A stretch of 64,000 bases of DNA from Squalus acanthias (taxonomy: Eukaryota), in assembly GCA_030390025.1 (NCBI GenBank), contig CM059432.1:51958001-52022000 (forward strand), read 5' to 3'. The notes below the pieces were generated by a model. That model was not told the DNA's origin, searched no databases, and was given only the letters and a program-made list of their open reading frames with translations. Every line of letters begins with the position of its first letter. Position 1 is the stretch's first letter. Below, in pieces: positions 60,601 to 64,000 of the stretch. A program made the position numbers and the translations under genes.

Positions 60601-61044
60601 CATAAAGCTGTGCATTTGTGTTGGTGGGCTATCTGCCAGGATTTTTGTCTGTTCTTTGGTGTGCCTTACTGAAGCGAACAGCCTAGGTTCAGAAAAGATA
60701 AAAATGAATGTGGCTTATTCATAGCAGTAGAATGCCTGGTAATGGGCTGATAATGGAACAGCTCCAACAGTGGGCAAAGAGACATTTTTAGCCTCAAGAC
60801 ATGAATTGCTGCAATCAGTGAGGAATATAAATGATGACAAAAAGTCTACAGATAAAAATACAATAAAAAGTAATTATCAAATTGTAATATCTTTGCAAAT
60901 GTGATCCATTATACCCTCATTTACGTTTGTTCGGGCCACATGCTATGCTGCACTAGTCTAAACATCTGATGATATTTTAATCAAAATTATTTGCTTAAAT
61001 TAACTGTTTAGTACAATTTTGTTCAGTTCAGTATAGCCCATACC

Positions 61045-61428
61045 TGCCTCTCTTTCCTTCTTCTGAAGCTGCTGACTCACCCTGGATTACAGTTTAATGT
61101 GACAACATCCCTCGAAGTAGTCATTTTTTTATATGGATGCCTAGACACTGGATGCCATTAGATTGCGCAATCATGGAGGACATTACAGACAAATCTACTC
61201 CTGTCCCCATATGATACCCGCACACATACTTTCCAGCAGGAGTCACTGGATAACAATCAGGCGTGGGATCCCTGGTTGATTTTTCCTTCCTTAATCCAAG
61301 GCTGTTATAGCACCACTATTGCTAATCAGAGATCAGCTAACTCAAAACAGACCAGGAATGAAACTTTTCCGGTCCATATGGATCAATGCCACCCTCGATT
61401 GTATATTTACCAGGTGAGTTATAGAGAG
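61045..61428 (-). mobile_element. Old tRNA-derived SINE (best-preserved copy of four)
   Basis: Minus-strand head with A-box-like taactcacctgg and B-box-like gtttcattcc, followed by gagttagctgatctc. Confidence 0.55.
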
Positions 61429-62896
61429 TGTCCTATACCCATTTTAATAGTGTAGTTCTTTGTAATAATTATTTAATTAGTAAATGTTTTAGTTGACAGT
61501 GCACGGTTTTAATTAAAAATAGTTTGGCAAACCTTTGTTTCTTTGGCTGGGAGAAAAGCTTTATATCACTTTTGCCAAACTGTCATTTAAAAGTGATTCA
61601 ATAATTATTTCAGTTACATTTATGTGATTCTGTCATAAGAAAAAAAAACATTTGTTCATGAAGTTAATGCTCCTTTAATGTTTGTTAATCAGATTGAGAT
61701 AATGAAACATCACTAACAACAGCATCCAGCATTCACAGCTCTGATATCACTTGGAAGTAATAGCTGAACTCCCATTGGTTACCATGACAAGAAAACACAT
61801 AAAACCAACATTGGAAGACTATCCCCTGTTGTGCCATTTGCTCGTTTCATTTTGCATACAGTGTCTTTGATGGACGTTCCAAGCAAGAATGCCAAATTCT
61901 TAGTACAATGTTTTCAGGGATTTTTATGTTGTCTACTAGAACATATGTCTGTAGTCTAGTTCTTTCTGGACTGAACCCTTTGAGGGAAATTCATTTATGC
62001 CTAAAACGAGCACAAAATGGTCAGAGCGTCTGCTCTATGCGCTGGTCTGTGCTGGCCTGAGGTTCAAGCCAAACTTGGCTTTGGGCCTCATTTAAATGCC
62101 ACTGGCAAGCAGCCGACAAGGTTGGTTCTGGGATGAGCGGGCAAATTATCCCGGGATGGGTGGAGGGAGGATCAAACGTGCTGGCAGTGTGCCAGAGTAT
62201 TTTGTGGCGGATTCCTATTTTTCCAGGGTCCACAAAAATAAAAAATGAATATTTATGGGCCTTTTTTTGAACGGTTTCCAGCCGTCCCTTTAAGACCTGG
62301 TACAACTAGATGGAGCGTGGACAGCACAAGTTCCACCCATTTGTATCTGAATTTCGCATTTGGGGTCCTACAACTGGCTTAGCACCTTGATTTGCATATT
62401 TAAAGAGTCTAATGCCTGTTTCAGGTGGGCACCCTAGACAACGAAAAGTCACCCGAGCCAATATGGCATCTGGCACACATCCAGTGCAGATCGGGCACAA
62501 CAGATAGCAAAGTAAAATTCAAAGGCCTAAAGCCCATTTTACAGCTGCAAAACTCTCTACATTTGAATTTCTCTCCATTTGTTCCTAGGATTAACGAATG
62601 GCCTATACCATGTTACCAGAAAGCTAACCACCAAGGCCAATGGATTTCAGTGTTTGTGGAAAAACAGATGGATTCATGAAATGCAATTTTTAAAAACACT
62701 GGTTAAAAATACCTCTCGTAATAAAAACAGGATCTGGAATATGCAGTCACTATAAGCCAATGACCTTGTTGATAGGGAAGATAAGTCCCTTTGTGTATTA
62801 TAGGCAAGGCTAGTTTTTCCATCTTCAAAATGGAATTCCATATAAAATCTCCAAAACAAGGATGAAAATCTCAGAATCCCATGAATTTGACTTATT

Positions 62897-63504
62897 GGGG
62901 GTGAAATTTAACTTCAGTGGGGGCACAAAACAGGTGGTAGCGGATTGGCTGCCCATGATATACCCTGGCTGATTTTTCTTTCTATTACAGAGAATAACAG
63001 AGAACACATAGCACAGAAACAGGCCATTCAGCCCAACTGGTGTATGCCAACTGTTTTATGCTCCGCACGAGCCTCCTCCCAGCCCTGTTCATCTAACCGT
63101 ATCAGCATAATCTTTCCTCCTCATGTGTTTATCTATTTATTTATTCTTTCTCCTTTCTATGTGTTTATCTAGCTACCACTTAAATGCATCTATGCTATTC
63201 ACCTCAACTATTCTTTGTGGTAGCAAATTCCACATTCTTGCCACTCTCTGGGTAAAGAAGTTTCTCCTGAATTCCCTATTGGATTTATTAGACTCTCTTA
63301 TATTTATGCCCCTAGTTTTGGTCTTCCCCACAAATGGAATCATCTTCTTTACATCTACCTTATCAAACCCTTTCATAATTCTAAAGACCTCAATCAGGTC
63401 ACCCATAATGAAGTCGATGGATTAAAAAATTGGGCGGAATATATAACGAACGATCAATCCATTACTGCCCGATTTGCACCACCACCAAAATTGAATTTCA
63501 GCCC
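62897..63504. mobile_element. Short Harbinger-type MITE interrupted by a CR1 3' fragment
   Basis: Ends ggggtgaaatt / aatttcagccc. Confidence 0.55.
62987..63405 (-). mobile_element. CR1 3' fragment
   Basis: GDLIEVFRIMKG...FFTQRVARMWNLLP. Confidence 0.85.
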
Positions 63505-63599
63505 ACTGTAACCCAGTGGCTCTGCTCTCAACACTAACTAAATTTGCTTGTCCTATGGCTTTAAGAAACAGCAATGATAAAAACTTGAAGACCTTTATT

Positions 63600-64000
63600 A
63601 ACTGGTAATATCCATCTATGCATCCAATATTACATCAAAAAATCAACTAATCATCCTTGTGTATTCCCTTAGTGACTGTCTTGTGTGTGCCTTTGTCTAT
63701 CCTAGTGATGTCACGCAGTGCTACCCCAGTGGCTGCAGCATGGCTGGTGGAAGGCTGCTGACTTTCAGTGGGGGTCACTGCAAATGGTCTTGCAGGACGA
63801 CCTGGAGGAGCTGGTGGCTGGGAGTGTGAAATCGAGTGACAGTGTTTCTTCTTTTTCTTCACTCTCCTTTCCCTCTTCTTGGTCAACCATTGGCTGGGCA
63901 GGCTGGATTTCTTGAGTGTCTGAAATGAGGAAGGCACAAGGGTAGGGTTGTGGTGAGGGGAGGGTGGGGTAAAGCAAGAGGTGCATGCTTACACCATGTG
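63600..64000 (-). mobile_element. Harbinger Myb-like gene 3' remnant, running off the window end
   Basis: C-terminus QQPSTSHAAATGVALRDITR...KGIHKDD* aligns with QQPSTRPAAATGPTLCRSTR...KALHKGE* at 35702-35860. Confidence 0.7.

Noticed and set aside
62566..62760. Coding exon after a strong-looking acceptor (tttctctccatttgttcctag)
   Set aside because: No convincing donor, no recognisable peptide and no partner exons.

Overview
Repeat-saturated vertebrate genomic DNA, most likely from a shark or other elasmobranch (inferred from an HE1-type V-SINE and the CR1, L2, Penelope and Harbinger families present). I found no host protein-coding exon, rRNA, true tRNA gene or CRISPR array. The only intact long gene is a 1316-aa gag-pol ORF in a very young Gypsy LTR retrotransposon (17244-21723; LTRs 193/194 identical; 5-bp TSD). 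That element has no tRNA primer site. Instead it has an 11-nt perfect complement to its own LTR, as in Tf1-type self-priming, plus a YLDN RT motif and a duplicated PPT/U3. Other notable structures: (1) a 5.7-kb tRNA-Leu-primed retrovirus-like element (6140-11873, minus) with no recognisable pol but a decayed envelope-like gene; (2) Penelope-derived repeats carrying minimal hammerhead ribozyme motifs, including a hammerhead-548 nt-hammerhead unit (53207-53878) that contains a copy of DNA from 21.7 kb upstream; (3) a two-gene PIF/Harbinger element with a spliced Myb/SANT-like gene and many non-autonomous derivatives, two of which form a ~3.6-kb inverted pair; (4) a CpG-rich 23-bp minisatellite; (5) several multi-layer nested insertions. 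Family names come from motif recognition by eye, not database searches. Boundaries not supported by a TSD are approximate.
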